Below, piece by piece: positions 16,701 to 33,200 of a stretch of DNA of 64,000 nucleotides. The translations under genes were made by a program, and so were the position numbers. The stretch spans positions 496,001 through 560,000 of the forward strand of contig CAXIUT010000230.1 in the NCBI GenBank assembly GCA_964035545.1, in the 5' to 3' direction. Below the pieces are notes generated by a model, which was not told the DNA's origin, did no database searches, and was given only the letters and a program-made list of their open reading frames with translations. The DNA is from Bugula neritina (lineage: Eukaryota > Animalia > Bryozoa). The stretch's first letter is position 1. The number at the start of each line of letters is the position of its first letter.

Positions 16701-19700
16701 ACCTAAATATACGGTAATATACCAAAATGTACTGTAACACATTGAAAAATACTGCAACATACTGAAATACACTGCAACCTCTGAAAAACACTGCAAAATA
16801 CTTTAACACACTCAAATATACTGCAAAACACCGAAATACACTGCTACATACTGAAATATACTGCAACACACTGCAACATACTGCAACATACTAAAATATA
16901 CTGCAACATACTGAAATACACTGCAAAATACTGAAATACACTGTAACATACTGAAATATACTGAAATACACTGGAACATATTGAAATACACTGCAACAAA
17001 TTGAAGTATACTGCAACATACTGAAATACAATTCAACACACTGAAAAACACTGCAATATACTGTAACATACTGAAATATGCCGTAGCACACTGAAATACA
17101 CTGCAACTCACTGAAATATACTGCAACATACTGAAATACACTGTAACATATTGAAATGTACTGCAACATACTGCAACATACTGAAATACACTGGAACATA
17201 TTGAAATACACTGCAACAAATTGAAGTATACTGCAACACACTGAAACACACTGAAATACACCGCAAAACACTACAACATACTGAAACATACTGCAACATA
17301 CTGAAATACACTACTACATACTGAAATATACTGCAACATACTGCACCATACTGAAATACACTGTAACATACTGAAATACACTGCAACATAATACAACATT
17401 TTGAAATACACTGCAACACATTGAAATATACTGCAACATACCTAAATATACGGTAATATACCAAAATATACTGTAACATAATGAAATATGCTGTAGCACA
17501 TTGAAATACACTGCAACTCACTGAAATATACTGCAACATACTGAAACACAGTGCTACATACTGAAATATACTGCAACATACTGCAACATACTGAAATACA
17601 CTGTAACATACTGAAATTCACTGCAACATACTACAACATTTTGAAATACACTGCAACACATTGAAATATACTGCAACATACCTAAATATACGGTAATATA
17701 CCAAAATATACTGTAACATAATGAAAAATACTGCAACATACTGAAATACACTTCAACACACTGAAAAACACTGCAAAATACTGTAACACACTGAAATATA
17801 CTGCAAAACACTGAAATACACTGCTACATACCGAAATATACTGCAACACAGTGCAACATACTGCAACATACTAAAATATACTGCAACATACTGAAATACA
17901 CTGCAAAATACTGAAATACACTGTAACATACTGAAATACACTGCAAAATACTCCCACATACTGAAATACACTGCTACATACTGAAATATACTACTACATA
18001 CTGCAACATTTGGCAACATACTGAAATATACTGCGACACATTGCAGTATACTGAAACATACTGAAATATGCTGTAGCACACTGAAATACACTGCAACTCA
18101 GTGAAATATACTGCAACATACTGAAATACACGGTGACATACTGAAATATACTGCGACATACTGCACCATACTGAAATACACTGTAACATACTGAAATACA
18201 CTGCAACACATTGAAATATACTGCAAAATACTGAAATACACTGCTACATACTGAAATATACTGCAACACACTGCAACATACGGCAACATACTGAAATATA
18301 CTGCGACACATTGCAATATGTTCTAACATACTGAAATACAGTGCTACATACTGAAATATACTGCAACATACCGAAATACACTGTAACATGTTGAAATATA
18401 CTGCAACATACCTAAATATACGGTAATATACCAAAATATACTGTAACACATTGAAAAATACTGCAACATACTGAAATACACTGCAACCTCTGAAAAACAC
18501 TGCAAAATACTGTAACACACTCAAATATACTGCAAAACACCGAAATACACTGCTACATACTGAAATATACTGCAACACACTGCAACATACTGCAACATAC
18601 TAAAATATACTGCAACATACTGAAATACACTGCAAAATACTGAAATACACTGTAACATACTGAAATATACTGAAATACACTGGAACATATTGAAATACAC
18701 TGCAACAAATTGAAGTATACTGCAACATACTGAAATACACTTCAACACACTGAAAAACACTGCAATATACTGTAACATACTGAAATATGCCGTAGCACAC
18801 TGAAATACACTGCAACTCACTGAAATATACTGCAACATACTGCACCATACTGAAATACACTGTAACATACTGAAATACACTGCAACATAATACAACATTT
18901 TGAAATACACTGCACCACATTGAAATATACTGCAACATACCTAAATATACGGTAATATACCAAAATATACTGTAACATAATGAAATATGCTGTAGCACAT
19001 TGAAATACACTGCAACTCACTGAAATATACCGCAACATACTGAAACACAGTGCTACATGCTGAAATATACTGCAACATACTGCAACATACTGAAATACAC
19101 TGTAACATACTGAAATTCACTGCAACATACTACAACATTTTGAAATACACTGCAACACATTGAAATATACTGCAACATACCTAAATATACGGTAATATAC
19201 CAAAATATACTGTAACATAATGAAAAATACTGCAACATACTGAAATACACTTCAACACACTGAAAAACACTGCAAAATACTGTAACACACTGAAATATAC
19301 TGCAAAACACTGAAATACACTGCTACATACCGAAATATACTGCAACACACTGCAACATACGGCAACATACTGAAATACACTGCAACACATTGAAACATAC
19401 TGCAAAATACTGAAATACACTGCTACATACCGAAATATACTGCAACACACTGCAACATACGGCAACATACTGAAATATACTGCGACACATTGCAATATAT
19501 TCTAACATACTGAAATACAGTGCTACATACTGAAATATACTGCAACATACCGAAATACACTGTAACATGTTGAAATATACTGCAACATACCTAAATATAC
19601 GGTAATATACCAAAATATACTGTAACACATTGAAAAATACTGCAACATACTGAAATACACTGCAACCTCTGAAAAACACTGCAAAATACTGTAACACACT

Positions 19701-22700
19701 CAAATATACTGCAAAACACCGAAATACACTGCTACATACTGAAATATACTGCAACACACTGCAACATACTGCAACATACTAAAATATACTGCAACATACT
19801 GAAATACACTGCAAAATACTGAAATACACTGTAACATACTGAAATATACTGAAATACACTGGAACATATTGAAATACACTGCAACAAATTGAAGTATACT
19901 GCAACATACCTAAATATACGGTAATATACCAAAATATACTGTAACATAATGAAATATGCTGTAGCACATTGAAATACACTGCAACTCACTGAAATATACT
20001 GCAACATACTGAAACACAGTGCTACATACTGAAATACACTGCAACATACTGCAACATACTGAAATACACTGTAACATACTGAAATTCACTGCAACATACT
20101 ACAACATTTTGAAATACACTGCAACACATTGAAATATACTGCAACATACCTAAATATACGGTAATATACCAAAATATACTGTAACATAATGAAAAATACT
20201 GCAACATACTGAAATACACTTCAACACACTGAAAAACACTGCAAAATACTGTAACACACTGAAATATACTGCAAAACACTGAAATACACTGCTACATACC
20301 GAAATATACTGCAACACAGTGCAACATACTGCAACATACTAAAATATACTGCAACATACTGAAATACACTCCAAAATACTGAAATACACTGTAACATACT
20401 GAAATACACTGCAAAATACTCCAACATACTGAAATACACTGCTACATACTGAAATATACTACTACATACTGCAACATTTGGCAACATACTGAAATATACT
20501 GCGACACATTGCAGTATACTGAAACATACTGAAATATGCTGTAGCACACTGAAATACACTGCAACTCACTGAAATATACTGCAACATACTGAAATACAAT
20601 GTGACATACTGAAATATACTGCGACGTACTGCACCATACTGAAATACACTGTAACATACTGAAATACACTGCAACACATTGAAACATACTGCAAAATACT
20701 GAAATACACTGCTACATACTGAAATATACTGCAACACACTGCAACATACGGCAACATACTGAAATATACTGCGACACATTGCAATATATTCTAACATACT
20801 GAAATACAGTGCTACATACTGAAATATACTGCAACATACCGAAATACACTGTAACATGTTGAAATATACTGCAACATACCTAAATATACGGTAATATACC
20901 AAAATATACTGTAACACATTGAAAAATACTGCAACATACTGAAATACACTGCAACCTCTGAAAAACACTGCAAAATACTTTAACACACTCAAATATACTG
21001 CAAAACACCGAAATACACTGCTACATACTGAAATATACTGCAACACACTGCAACATACTGCAACATACTAAAATATACTGCAACATACTGAAATACACTG
21101 CAAAATACTGAAATACACTGTAACATACTGAAATATACTGAAATACACTGGAACATATTGAAATACACTGCAACAAATTGAAGTATACTGCAACATACTG
21201 AAATACACTTCAACACACTGAAAAACACTGCAATATACTGTAACATACTGAAATATGCCGTAGCACACTGAAATACACTGCAACTCACTGAAATATACTG
21301 CAACATACTGAAATACACTGTAACATATTGAAATGTACTGCAACATACTGCAACATACTGAAATACACTGGAACATATTGAAATACACTGCAACAAATTG
21401 AAGTATACTGCAACACACTGAAACACACTGAAATACACCGCAAAACACTACAACATACTGAAACATACTGCAACATACTGAAATACACTACTACATACTG
21501 AAATATACTGCAACATACTGCACCATACTGAAATACACTGTAACATACTGAAATACACTGCAACATAATACAACATTTTGAAATACACTGCAACACATTG
21601 AAATATACTGCAACATACCTAAATATACGGTAATATACCAAAATATACTGTAACATAATGAAATATGCTGTAGCACATTGAAATACACTGCAACTCACTG
21701 AAATATACTGCAACATACTGAAACACAGTGCTACATACTGAAATATACTGCAACATACTGCAACATACTGAAATACACTGTAACATACTGAAATTCACTG
21801 CAACATACTACAACATTTTGAAATACACTGCAACACATTAAAATATACTGCAACATACCTAAATATACGGTAATATACCAAAATATACTGTAACATAATG
21901 AAAAATACTGCAACATACTGAAATACACTTCAACACACTGAAAAACACTGCAAAATACTGTAACACACTGAAATATACTGCAAAACACTGAAATACACTG
22001 CTACATACCGAAATATACTGCAACACAGTGCAACATACTGCAACATACTAAAATATACTGCAACATACTGAAATACACTGCAAAATACTGAAATACACTG
22101 TAACATACTGAAATACACTGCAAAATACTCCAACATACTGAAATACACTGCTACATACTGAAATATACTACTACATACTGCAACATTTGGCAACATACTG
22201 AAATATACTGCGACACATTGCAGTATACTGAAACATACTGAAATATGCTGTAGCACACTGAAATACACTGCAACTCACTGAAATATACTGCAACATACTG
22301 AAATACACGGTGACATACTGAAATATACTGCGACATACTGCACCATACTGAAATACACTGTAACATACTGAAATACACTGCAACACATTGAAATATACTG
22401 CAAAATACTGAAATACACTGCTATATACTGAAATATACTGCAACACACTGCAACATACGGCAACATACTGAAATATACTGCGACACATTGCAATATGTTC
22501 TAACATACTGAAATACAGTGCTACATACTGAAATATACTGCAACATACCGAAATACACTGTAACATGTTGAAATATACTGCAACATACCTAAATATACGG
22601 TAATATACCAAAATATACTGTAACACATTGAAAAATACTGCAACATACTGAAATACACTGCAACCTCTGAAAAACACTGCAAAATACTGTAACACACTCA

Positions 22701-23549
22701 AATATACTGCAAAACACCGAAATACACTGCTACATACTGAAATATACTGCAACACACTGCAACATACTGCAACATACTAAAATATACTGCAACATACTGA
22801 AATACACTGCAAAATACTGAAATACACTGTAACATACTGAAATATACTTAAATACACCGGAACATATTGAAATACACTGCAACAAATTGAAGTATACTGC
22901 AACATACTGAAATACACTTCAACACACTGAAAAACACTGCAATATACTGTAACATACTGAAATATGCCGTAGCACACTGAAATACACTGCAACTCACTGA
23001 AATATACTGCAACACACTGCACCATACTGAAATACACTGTAACATACTGAAATACACTGCAACATAATACAACATTTTGAAATACACTGCAACACATTGA
23101 AATATACTGCAACATACCTAAATATACGGTAATATACCAAAATATACTGTAACATAATGAAATATGCTGTAGCACATTGAAATACACTGCAACTCACTGA
23201 AATATACCGCAACATACTGAAACACAGTGCTACATGCTGAAATATACTGCAACATACTGCAACATACTGAAATACACTGTAACATACTGAAATTCACTGC
23301 AACATACTACAACATTTTGAAATACACTGCAACACATTGAAATATACTGCAACATACCTAAATATACGGTAATATACCAAAATATACTGTAACATAATGA
23401 AAAATACTGCAACATACTGAAATACACTTCAACACACTGAAAAACACTGCAAAATACTGTAACACACTGAAATATACTGCAAAACACTGAAATACACTGC
23501 TACATACTGAAATATACTGCAACACAATGCAACATACTGCAACATACTG

Positions 23550-26500
23550 AAATACACTGCAACATACTACAACATACTGAAATACGCTGTAATACATTGA
23601 AATACACTGCAACACATTGAACTATACTGTAACTCGCTGAAACATACTGTAACTCACTGAAATATAGTGTAATATACGGAAATGTACTGTAAAATACTGG
23701 AATATACTGTAACACACTGAAATATACTGCAACATAATGAAATACACTGTAACATACTGAAATACACTGCAACATCCCGCAACATATTGAAATACACTGC
23801 AGCACACTGCAACATACTGCAACATACTAAAATATACTGCAACATCTTGAAATACACTGCAAAATACTGAAATATACTGCAACATACTGCAACATACTAA
23901 AATACACTGTAACATATTGAAATACACTGCAACACATTGAAATATACGGCAAAATACTGAAATACACTGCTACATACTGAAATATACTGCAACACACTGC
24001 AACATACTGCAACATACTAAAATTTACTGCAACATACTGAAATACACTGCAAAATACTGAAATACACTGTAACATACTGAAATATACTGCGACACATTGC
24101 AATATACTGTAACATACTGAAATATGCCGTAGCACATTGAAATACACTGCAACTCACTGAAATATACTGCAACATACTGAAATACACTGTAACATATTGA
24201 AATACACTGCAACATACTGAAATACAGTGCTACATACTGAAATATACTGCAACATACTGCAACATACTGAAATACACTGTAACAAACTGAAATACACTGC
24301 AACATACTACAACATTTTGAAACACACTGCAACACATTGAAATATACTGCAACATTCCTAAATATACGGTAATTTACCAAAATATACTGTAAAACATTGA
24401 CAAATACTGCAACATACTGAAATACACTGCATTACACTGAAAAACACTGCAAAATACTGTAACACACTGAAATATACTGCAAAACACTGAAATACACTGC
24501 TACATACTGAAATATACTGCAACACAGTGCAACATACTGCAACATACTAAAATATACTGCAACATACTGAAATACACTGCAGAATACTGATATACACTGT
24601 AACATACTGAAATACACTGCAAAATACTACAACATTTTGAAATACACTGCAATACATTGAAATATACTGCAACATACCTAAATATACGGTAATATACTGA
24701 AATATACTGTAACACATTGAAAAATACTACAAAATACTGAAATACACTGCAACATACTACAACATACTGAAATACGCTGTAATACATTGAATATACTGCA
24801 ACATACCTAAATATGCGGTAATATACTGAAATAAACTAGAACACATTGAAAATACTGCAACATACTGAAATACACTGCAACACACCGAAATATACTGCAA
24901 AATAAAACAACATACTGAAATACACTGTAACATATTGAAATACACTGTAACACATTGAAATATACTGCAACATACCGAGATATATTGTAAACTACTGAAA
25001 TATACTGTAACACATTGAAAAATACTGCAACATACTGAAATTTACTGCGACACATTGCAATATACTGTAACATACTGAAATATGCTGTAGCACACTGAAA
25101 TACACTGCAACTCACTGAAATATACTGCAACATACTGAAATACACTGTAACATATTGAAATATACTGCAACATACTGCACCATACTGAAATACACTGGAA
25201 CATATTGAAATACACTGCAACAAATTGGAGTATACTGCAACACACTGAAACACACTGAAATACACCGCAAAACACTACAAAATACTGAAACATACTGCAA
25301 CATACTGAAATACACTACTACATACTGAAATATACTGCAACATACTGCACCATACTGAAATACACTGTAACATACTGAAAAACACTGCAACATAATACAA
25401 CATTTTGAAATACACTGCAACACATTGAAATATACTGCAACATACCTAAATATACGGTAATATACCAAAATATACTGTAACATAATGAAATATGCTGTAG
25501 CACATTGAAATACACTGCAACTCACTGAAATATACTGCAACATACTGAAACACAGTGCTACATACTGAAATATACTGCAACATACTGCAACATACTGAAA
25601 TACACTTCAACACACTGAAAAACACTGCAAAATACTGTAACACACTGAAATATACTGCAAAACACTGAAATACACTGCTACATACTGAAATATACTGCAA
25701 CACAGTGCAACATACTGCAACATACTAAAATATACTGCAACATACCTAAATATACGGTAATATACCAAAATATACTGTAACATAATGAAAAATACTGCAA
25801 CATACTGAAATACACTTCAACACACTGAAAAACACTGCAAAATACTGTAACACACTGAAATATACTGCAAAACACTGAAATACACTGCTACATACTGAAA
25901 TATACTGCAACACAGTGCAACATACTGCAACATACTAAAATATACTGCAACATACTGAAATACACTGCAAAATACTGAAATACACTGTAACATACTGAAA
26001 TACACTGCAAAATATTACAACATATTGAAATACACTGCAATACATTGAAATATACTGCAACATACCTAAATATACGGTAATATACTGAAATATACTGTAA
26101 CACATTGAAAAATACTGCAAAATACTGAAATACACTGCAACATACTACAACATACTGAAATACGCTGTAATACATTGAAATACACTGCAACACATTGAAA
26201 TATACTGTAACTCGCTGAAACATACTGTAACTCACTGAAATATAGTGTAATATACGGAAATGTACTGTAAAATACTGGAATATACTGTAACACACTGAAA
26301 TACACTGCAACATGTGTCAGTTTACTTCATTTAGTACACACCAGCAAATTATGACCTAACATTAAAGTGTGCTCAAAATCCATTGAAATTTACTATACAT
26401 GGTATTTTTATGTGTTGCAACATACTAAAACATACTGCAACATACTGAAATACACTGCAAAATACTGAAATACACTGTAACATACTGAAATACACTGCAA

Positions 26501-27356
26501 AATACTACAACATTTTGAAATACACTGCAATACATTGAAATATACTGCAACATTCTAAATATACGGTAATATACTGAAATATAGTGTAACACATTGAAAA
26601 ATACTACAAAATACTGAAATACACTGCAACATACTACAACATACTGAAATACGCTGTAATACATTGGTAATATACTGAAATAAACTATAACACATTGAAA
26701 ATACTGCAACATACTGAAATACACTGCAACACACCGAAATATACTGCAAAATAAAACAACATACTGAAATACACTGTAACATATTGAAATACACTGTAAC
26801 ACATTGAAATATACTGCAGCATACCGAGATATATTGTAAACTACTGAAATATCCTGTAACACATTGAAAAATACTGCAACATACTGAAATTTACTGCGAC
26901 ACATTGCAATATACTGTAACATCTTGAAATATGCTGTAGCACACTGAAATACACTGCAACTCACTGAAATATACTGCAAAATACTGAAATACACTAAAAC
27001 ATATTGAAAAATACTGCAACATACTGAAATACACTGTAACATACTGAAATACACTGCAAAATACTACAACATATTGAAATACACTGCAACATACCTAAAT
27101 ATACGGTAAGATACTGAAATATACTGTAACACATTAAAAAGTACAGCAACATACTGAAAGATACTGCAAGATACTGCAACATACTAAAATACACTGTAAC
27201 ATAATGAAACACACTGCAACATACTGCATTATACTAACATACACTGGAACATAATGAAATACACTGCAACAAATTGAAGTATACTGCAACACACCGAAAC
27301 ATACGGCAACATACTGAAATATACTGCGACAGATTGAAATGTACAGCAACATACTG
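23550..27356. repeat. Representative 3807-bp higher-order repeat unit (type B, contains the 102-bp insert)
   Basis: Offsets of +3807 (23622->27429, 24432->28239, 26314->30121, 35672->39479, 40931->44738). Markers are TAACTCGCTG, CATCCCGC, TTGACAAAT, AAACTAGAAC and CCGAGATATATTGTAAACT. Boundaries approximate. Confidence 0.88.
26314..26415. other. 102-bp non-satellite insert, copy 1
   Basis: GTGTCAGTTTACTTCATTTAG...GGTATTTTTATGTGT, flanked on both sides by TGCAACAT. Confidence 0.92.
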
Positions 27357-30120
27357 AAATACACTGCAACATACTACAACATACTGAAATACGCTGTAAT
27401 ACATTGAAATACACTGCAACACATTGAACTATACTGTAACTCGCTGAAACATACTGTAACTCACTGAAATATAGTGTAATATACGGAAATGTACTGTAAA
27501 ATACTGGAATATACTGTAACACACTGAAATATACTGCAACATAATGAAATACACTGTAACATACTGAAATACACTGCAACATCCCGCAACATATTGAAAT
27601 ACACTGCAGCACACTGCAACATACTGCAACATACTAAAATATACTGCAACATCTTGAAATACACTGCAAAATACTGAAATATACTGCAACATACTGCAAC
27701 ATACTAAAATACACTGTAACATATTGAAATACACTGCAACACATTGAAATATACGGCAAAATACTGAAATACACTGCTACATACTGAAATATACTGCAAC
27801 ACACTGCAACATACTGCAACATACTAAAATTTACTGCAACATACTGAAATACACTGCAAAATACTGAAATACACTGTAACATACTGAAATATACTGCGAC
27901 ACATTGCAATATACTGTAACATACTGAAATATGCTGTAGCACATTGAAATACACTGCAACTCACTGAAATATACTGCAACATACTGAAATACACTGTAAC
28001 ATATTGAAATACACTGCAACATACTGAAATACAGTGCTACATACTGAAATATACTGCAACATACTGCAACATACTGAAATACACTGTAACAAACTGAAAT
28101 ACACTGCAACATACAACAACATTTTGAAACACACTGCAACACATTGAAATATACTGCAACATTCCTAAATATACGGTAATTTACCAAAATATACTGTAAA
28201 ACATTGACAAATACTGCAACATACTGAAATACACTGCATTACACTGAAAAACACTGCAAAATACTGTAACACACTGAAATATACTGCAAAACACTGAAAT
28301 ACACTGCTACATACTGAAATATACTGCAACACAGTGCAACATACTGCAACATACTAAAATATACTGCAACATACTGAAATACACTGCAGAATACTGATAT
28401 ACACTGTAACATACTGAAATACACTGCAAAATACTACAACATTTTGAAATACACTGCAATACATTGAAATATACTGCAACATACCTAAATATACGGTAAT
28501 ATACTGAAATATACTGTAACACATTGAAAAATACTACAAAATACTGAAATACACTGCAACATACTACAACATACTGAAATACGCTGTAATACATTGAATA
28601 TACTGCAACATACCTAAATATGCGGTAATATACTGAAATAAACTAGAACACATTGAAAATACTGCAACATACTGAAATACACTGCAACACACCGAAATAT
28701 ACTGCAAAATAAAACAACATACTGAAATACACTGTAACATATTGAAATACACTGTAACACATTGAAATATACTGCAACATACCGAGATATATTGTAAACT
28801 ACTGAAATATACTGTAACACATTGAAAAATACTGCAACATACTGAAATTTACTGCGACACATTGCAATATACTGTAACATACTGAAATATGCTGTAGCAC
28901 ACTGAAATACACTGCAACTCACTGAAATATACTGCAACATACTGAAATACACTGTAACATATTGAAATATACTGCAACATACTGCACCATACTGAAATAC
29001 ACTGGAACATATTGAAATACACTGCAACAAATTGGAGTATACTGCAACACACTGAAACACACTGAAATACACCGCAAAACACTACAAAATACTGAAACAT
29101 ACTGCAACATACTGAAATACACTACTACATACTGAAATATACTGCAACATACTGCACCATACTGAAATACACTGTAACATACTGAAAAACACTGCAACAT
29201 AATACAACATTTTGAAATACACTGCAACACATTGAAATATACTGCAACATACCTAAATATACGGTAATATACCAAAATATACTGTAACATAATGAAATAT
29301 GCTGTAGCACATTGAAATACACTGCAACTCACTGAAATATACTGCAACATACTGAAACACAGTGCTACATACTGAAATATACTGCAACATACTGCAACAT
29401 ACTGAAATACACTTCAACACACTGAAAAACACTGCAAAATACTGTAACACACTGAAATATACTGCAAAACACTGAAATACACTGCTACATACTGAAATAT
29501 ACTGCAACACAGTGCAACATACTGCAACATACTAAAATATACTGCAACATACCTAAATATACGGTAATATACCAAAATATACTGTAACATAATGAAAAAT
29601 ACTGCAACATACTGAAATACACTTCAACACACTGAAAAACACTGCAAAATACTGTAACACACTGAAATATACTGCAAAACACTGAAATACACTGCTACAT
29701 ACTGAAATATACTGCAACACAGTGCAACATACTGCAACATACTAAAATATACTGCAACATACTGAAATACACTGCAAAATACTGAAATACACTGTAACAT
29801 ACTGAAATACACTGCAAAATATTACAACATATTGAAATACACTGCAATACATTGAAATATACTGCAACATACCTAAATATACGGTAATATACTGAAATAT
29901 ACTGTAACACATTGAAAAATACTGCAAAATACTGAAATACACTGCAACATACTACAACATACTGAAATACGCTGTAATACATTGAAATACACTGCAACAC
30001 ATTGAAATATACTGTAACTCGCTGAAACATACTGTAACTCACTGAAATATAGTGTAATATACGGAAATGTACTGTAAAATACTGGAATATACTGTAACAC
30101 ACTGAAATACACTGCAACAT

Positions 30121-30222
30121 GTGTCAGTTTACTTCATTTAGTACACACCAGCAAATTATGACCTAACATTAAAGTGTGCTCAAAATCCATTGAAATTTAC
30201 TATACATGGTATTTTTATGTGT
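30121..30222. other. 102-bp non-satellite insert, copy 2
   Basis: Same sequence and flanks as copy 1. Confidence 0.92.
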
Positions 30223-33200
30223 TGCAACATACTAAAACATACTGCAACATACTGAAATACACTGCAAAATACTGAAATACACTGTAACATACTGAAATAC
30301 ACTGCAAAATACTACAACATTTTGAAATACACTGCAATACATTGAAATATACTGCAACATTCTAAATATACGGTAATATACTGAAATATAGTGTAACACA
30401 TTGAAAAATACTACAAAATACTGAAATACACTGCAACATACTACAACATACTGAAATACGCTGTAATACATTGGTAATATACTGAAATAAACTATAACAC
30501 ATTGAAAATACTGCAACATACTGAAATACACTGCAACCTCTGAAAAACACTGCAAAATACTGTAACACACTCAAATATACTGCAAAACACCGAAATACAC
30601 TGCTACATACTGAAATATACTGCAACACACTGCAACATACTGCAACATACTAAAATATACTGCAACATACTGAAATACACTGCAAAATACTGAAATACAC
30701 TGTAACATACTGAAATATACTGAAATACACTGGAACATATTGAAATACACTGCAACAAATTGAAGTATACTGCAACATACTGAAATACACTTCAACACAC
30801 TGAAAAACACTGCAATATACTGTAACATACTGAAATATGCCGTAGCACACTGAAATACACTGCAACTCACTGAAATATACTGCAACATACTGCACCATAC
30901 TGAAATACACTGTAACATACTGAAATACACTGCAACATAATACAACATTTTGAAATACACTGCACCACATTGAAATATACTGCAACATACCTAAATATAC
31001 GGTAATATACCAAAATATACTGTAACATAATGAAATATGCTGTAGCACATTGAAATACACTGCAACTCACTGAAATATACCGCAACATACTGAAACACAG
31101 TGCTACATGCTGAAATATACTGCAACATACTGCAACATACTGAAATACACTGTAACATACTGAAATTCACTGCAACATACTACAACATTTTGAAATACAC
31201 TGCAACACATTGAAATATACTGCAACATACCTAAATATACGGTAATATACCAAAATATACTGTAACATAATGAAAAATACTGCAACATACTGAAATACAC
31301 TTCAACACACTGAAAAACACTGCAAAATACTGTAACACACTGAAATATACTGCAAAACACTGAAATACACTGCTACATACCGAAATATACTGCAACACAC
31401 TGCAACATACGGCAACATACTGAAATACACTGCAACACATTGAAACATACTGCAAAATACTGAAATACACTGCTACATACCGAAATATACTGCAACACAC
31501 TGCAACATACGGCAACATACTGAAATATACTGCGACACATTGCAATATATTCTAACATACTGAAATACAGTGCTACATACTGAAATATACTGCAACATAC
31601 CGAAATACACTGTAACATGTTGAAATATACTGCAACATACCTAAATATACGGTAATATACCAAAATATACTGTAACACATTGAAAAATACTGCAACATAC
31701 TGAAATACACTGCAACCTCTGAAAAACACTGCAAAATACTGTAACACACTCAAATATACTGCAAAACACCGAAATACACTGCTACATACTGAAATATACT
31801 GCAACACACTGCAACATACTGCAACATACTAAAATATACTGCAACATACTGAAATACACTGCAAAATACTGAAATACACTGTAACATACTGAAATATACT
31901 GAAATACACTGGAACATATTGAAATACACTGCAACAAATTGAAGTATACTGCAACATACCTAAATATACGGTAATATACCAAAATATACTGTAACATAAT
32001 GAAATATGCTGTAGCACATTGAAATACACTGCAACTCACTGAAATATACTGCAACATACTGAAACACAGTGCTACATACTGAAATACACTGCAACATACT
32101 GCAACATACTGAAATACACTGTAACATACTGAAATTCACTGCAACATACTACAACATTTTGAAATACACTGCAACACATTGAAATATACTGCAACATACC
32201 TAAATATACGGTAATATACCAAAATATACTGTAACATAATGAAAAATACTGCAACATACTGAAATACACTTCAACACACTGAAAAACACTGCAAAATACT
32301 GTAACACACTGAAATATACTGCAAAACACTGAAATACACTGCTACATACCGAAATATACTGCAACACAGTGCAACATACTGCAACATACTAAAATATACT
32401 GCAACATACTGAAATACACTCCAAAATACTGAAATACACTGTAACATACTGAAATACACTGCAAAATACTCCAACATACTGAAATACACTGCTACATACT
32501 GAAATATACTACTACATACTGCAACATTTGGCAACATACTGAAATATACTGCGACACATTGCAGTATACTGAAACATACTGAAATATGCTGTAGCACACT
32601 GAAATACACTGCAACTCACTGAAATATACTGCAACATACTGAAATACAATGTGACATACTGAAATATACTGCGACGTACTGCACCATACTGAAATACACT
32701 GTAACATACTGAAATACACTGCAACACATTGAAACATACTGCAAAATACTGAAATACACTGCTACATACTGAAATATACTGCAACACACTGCAACATACG
32801 GCAACATACTGAAATATACTGCGACACATTGCAATATATTCTAACATACTGAAATACAGTGCTACATACTGAAATATACTGCAACATACCGAAATACACT
32901 GTAACATGTTGAAATATACTGCAACATACCTAAATATACGGTAATATACCAAAATATACTGTAACACATTGAAAAATACTGCAACATACTGAAATACACT
33001 GCAACCTCTGAAAAACACTGCAAAATACTTTAACACACTCAAATATACTGCAAAACACCGAAATACACTGCTACATACTGAAATATACTGCAACACACTG
33101 CAACATACTGCAACATACTAAAATATACTGCAACATACTGAAATACACTGCAAAATACTGAAATACACTGTAACATACTGAAATATACTGAAATACACTG

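Noticed and set aside
26306-26423. 102-bp insert as a hAT MITE with an 8-bp TSD (TGCAACAT)
   Set aside because: It has no terminal inverted repeats, and TGCAACAT is the commonest satellite word, so the flanking direct repeat is uninformative.
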